Positions 62,701-64,000 of a stretch of 64,000 bases of DNA are shown here, piece by piece (position 1 is the first letter of the stretch; each line of letters starts with the position of its first letter). Below the pieces are notes generated by a model, which had not been told where the DNA came from, ran no database searches, and worked only from the letters and a program-made list of their open reading frames with translations. The DNA lies in the NCBI GenBank assembly GCA_026936335.1, contig JAPMXV010000025.1, positions 186,001 to 250,000 on the forward strand, read 5' to 3'. The DNA comes from Mantamonas sphyraenae STR306. Taxonomy: Eukaryota > Protista > CRuMs. The position numbers were made by a program, and so were the translations under genes.

Positions 62701-64000
62701 TCGACACGAATGGTGTATGTCCTGGCGTTCACCACACCGTCCCTGAGCGCCATTGATGGGCCCGGGGCAGCTGCAGGTTCCGTTTGGTTTGGTTTGTGCT
62801 CCGGCACCCGCGTGTTCCTCGCCAGCTCCATCAACTTGTCCACGGACGACGCCAAAGAGTAATCCGCACACAGTTGGCGCATGACATACTTGAGCTGCAT
62901 ACTGGTCCTTGTTCTCATGGCCGGGCGAACGGATGCCAACGCGAGACGCAGACACGAATCGTCGCTCATTGCCGGACGCAGCTCGCCGGCGCTGTCGGCG
63001 CTGTCGGCGCTGGAGGTGGCATATGTGTCCTCACGTGTGCTGGGCATTGCATGTGCCTCTTGCATGTCCTCCGTCTGCATCTCATCCGACTCCACTTCGT
63101 TTTCCAAGTCCTCTTGCTCCGCCCCGGCTCTTCCGTCGGCCTCCCAGGCCTTTACAAACGCCTCTTCTTCATCCTGGACATCCTGGACACCATTCTCAAG
63201 GTCCTCTGTCTCCATACCCGACTCCACTGCGTCGTCAGCGACGTGGTCCACCTCCCCGGTTTGATCTTCGTCTTCTGCGCTGGCGTCGGCCTTCCAGACC
63301 CTGTATGCCTTGGCGAACGCATCCTCGTCCATGGTGACGTCGTTTCCCCGTTCGTCATCGATTTGTACCCCCAGCGTCTCGGCCAGCAAGGTCACCTGTT
63401 CCACCATGCCGCTCCTCGCATCCTCGATTTCGACATCCGACGCGCGTCCACGAGCAGGTGCTGTCGGCTCAAGTGTGGACGCCTGCACGTTGGAATGAAT
63501 GATTTGGTCCACAGCGTTCTGTACACACCACTTCTGTTGTTCTTCGGCAACGCGCTGTACACTGTCGCAGATGCGTTCGCGGTGGAAGTGGAGAAGGCCA
63601 ACGGGAGCACGCTGTACAATGGCGCCCGCACAGGTTCCACCCAAAAGCGCATACGTGAAGAAGCGTGCGTTTGTGCTGTCGTTGCCCACGTGCACAGCTC
63701 TCAGATCTGTGTTGCCAGCAAGGTACTCGTTCCAGTTGTCCTGCCGGCACCAGCCGCACCGGACGCCTCTCGCCATGAGTGCACAAGCGTCTGCACCCAC
63801 CACGAGTGCATCTGCGGCGTGCTGAATGGCGCACAGGTTTGCATCGTCTGTTGCCCACACGCAGAGGCGCTGGTCCACCCAAACGTTCCCGTCGTCGCTG
63901 ATTGAAACGCGGTCGTTGTCCGCACTCCTCAGGGTCTCGTACAGCCCACGCAGCCGGTGCTTTTTGGTGTACGTGTGTACGTGCGCGTCCAGCTCCTGCC
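59715..64000 (-). CDS. Fanzor (eukaryotic TnpB-family RNA-guided RuvC endonuclease), >=1,427 aa, N-terminus outside the window
   Basis: RuvC-I VIGMDP (Asp 60558-60560); Gly at the canonical RuvC-II position LLAFGNG (~60057); alternative Glu in TREAYTS (59973-59975); Zn finger CREC...CARC; RuvC-III KDTDAAVTI (Asp 59841-59843). The frame stays open from the listed GTG start to the window edge (QELDAHVHTY...). Confidence 0.88.
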   Translation of the reverse strand, partial: QELDAHVHTYTKKHRLRGLYETLRSADNDRVSISDDGNVWVDQRLCVWATDDANLCAIQHAADALVVGADACALMARGVRCGWCRQDNWNEYLAGNTDLRAVHVGNDSTNARFFTYALLGGTCAGAIVQRAPVGLLHFHRERICDSVQRVAEEQQKWCVQNAVDQIIHSNVQASTLEPTAPARGRASDVEIEDARSGMVEQVTLLAETLGVQIDDERGNDVTMDEDAFAKAYRVWKADASAEDEDQTGEVDHVADDAVESGMETEDLENGVQDVQDEEEAFVKAWEADGRAGAEQEDLENEVESDEMQTEDMQEAHAMPSTREDTYATSSADSADSAGELRPAMSDDSCLRLALASVRPAMRTRTSMQLKYVMRQLCADYSLASSVDKLMELARNTRVPEHKPNQTEPAAAPGPSMALRDGVVNARTYTIRVDSDDGRMSDIVDAFAAQGRIRLGTQERASLDNAIERQTELQEEIEKAKKKAKRYDNMQQFEQAVEQKREELLADVEAGRLDSCSNSDEVETLCDSMLAKGTYLKGRLAKLLCGKDVCYVQESSKEDDEDEIDEARTAERESFYKLGRKVAALLNDSRPTEEQALSGVYGMHDGRGQGGVERVMGLAGKSTTVARGSIQDAADSRMTESQRHELDAVLVDTHSRFVQERELLYGVLCAHIASTYYNGLELEKQRQQLENLLAEGSAARQMRTMWNLATRHWTSSVKRMVCDAVPELPRKLTEVACAYVSGMSLAAWKKRVKAEEVEEVDDDGEPEADQDNEHDRDEDQDQDHEDEEAHVVAQQQQMDWRTQLQPLKDKVSKVVAGSPLLSKAKEDEKNLARVASYICLLKLEAEQCGHAVQLVPRPHATARCTVSVSGYDLKFKLFRVAYNFLKHLSTRGGEAAAAAAAAATAIIETLPWDERAKSHVLARQLNQLIVDHAAVLCPGSQRALERIKGRTHVGIMRTEAGWAAHRGDLVNAVTMLVLPGLWNSDTGQETRGQGITLGGNDGRSIYQTVYAPHSLAVGARRKLNGAQGCVAASDVDEALRVACVRVGFDAKGKVRDLSWFHVSHFASLFYQAYGTAAMPKLEQWFEESGVDESSLTAAMQHLDAECKPSQTSAGKRTGILLESDKQVARTLGQNDLWTPAGIPVIGMDPNVDCTSCVAVFHHNKMSATLDRDNVLHVDAGIYFPLPTPSYRHMLRTSQLRKKQNVLTQAATEAVRRCKGAAAAAASSRRTLRSNARSSSSSSSSSPSSSASSTPTWQELNQAKREEFAQQKPHRNLVDAHHHEHRKLRNRYLAGISASISDIDRLVQQRSLLAFGNGGFSARVPLADVKRHLSRTHTLVVTREAYTSALCRECGHQVTLSPKSYTRRGCSRRWWDCARCERWAQHKDTDAAVTIATLLVLAISGVDRKTHTKLSSRRWRKQRAQLRKK

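Noticed and set aside
59500-64000. Defined transposon boundaries (TIR/TSD) for the Fanzor element
   Set aside because: Only one end can be inside the window, so no terminal repeat or target duplication can be demonstrated; not annotated as a mobile element.

Overview
GC-rich, very gene-dense eukaryotic DNA with short GT-AG introns, probably from a flagellated protist (NME7, HOOK, RABL3, RasGAPs and DASH kinetochore subunits are present; the lineage cannot be fixed from sequence alone). (1) 1-25401, minus strand: one giant secreted gene that the ORF track mostly misses. It has a signal-peptide exon, one intron, then ~24.7 kb of coding sequence running off the window (>8,200 aa). It is built from 16 CxxC Ig/cadherin-like linkers alternating with ~17 SBBP-type beta-propellers, with a single +1 frameshift at ~22187. 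(2) 25.5-59.5 kb: tightly packed, mostly head-to-head genes: Dam1-like, Dad2, LYRM7, RABL3, DDI1, UFD1, HOOK, Era, pectinacetylesterase/Notum-like, a degenerate 2OG-Fe(II) oxygenase, a neurofibromin-like RasGAP, a coiled-coil orphan, NME7, a homeodomain/LRWD1-like WD40 fusion, EDRF1, a BAR-RasGAP, malic enzyme and a Cys-rich membrane protein. (3) 59715 to the window edge, minus strand: an exceptionally long (>=1,427 aa) intronless Fanzor/TnpB-like ORF with an intact rearranged RuvC triad and zinc finger. It is followed by a ~120-nt sequence that folds into a long stem with three inner hairpins. This pair is the best candidate for a novel system: a giant Fanzor with a putative omegaRNA whose guide would be the leader of the neighbouring host gene. 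All family calls rest on motif recognition by eye; no database searches were run.
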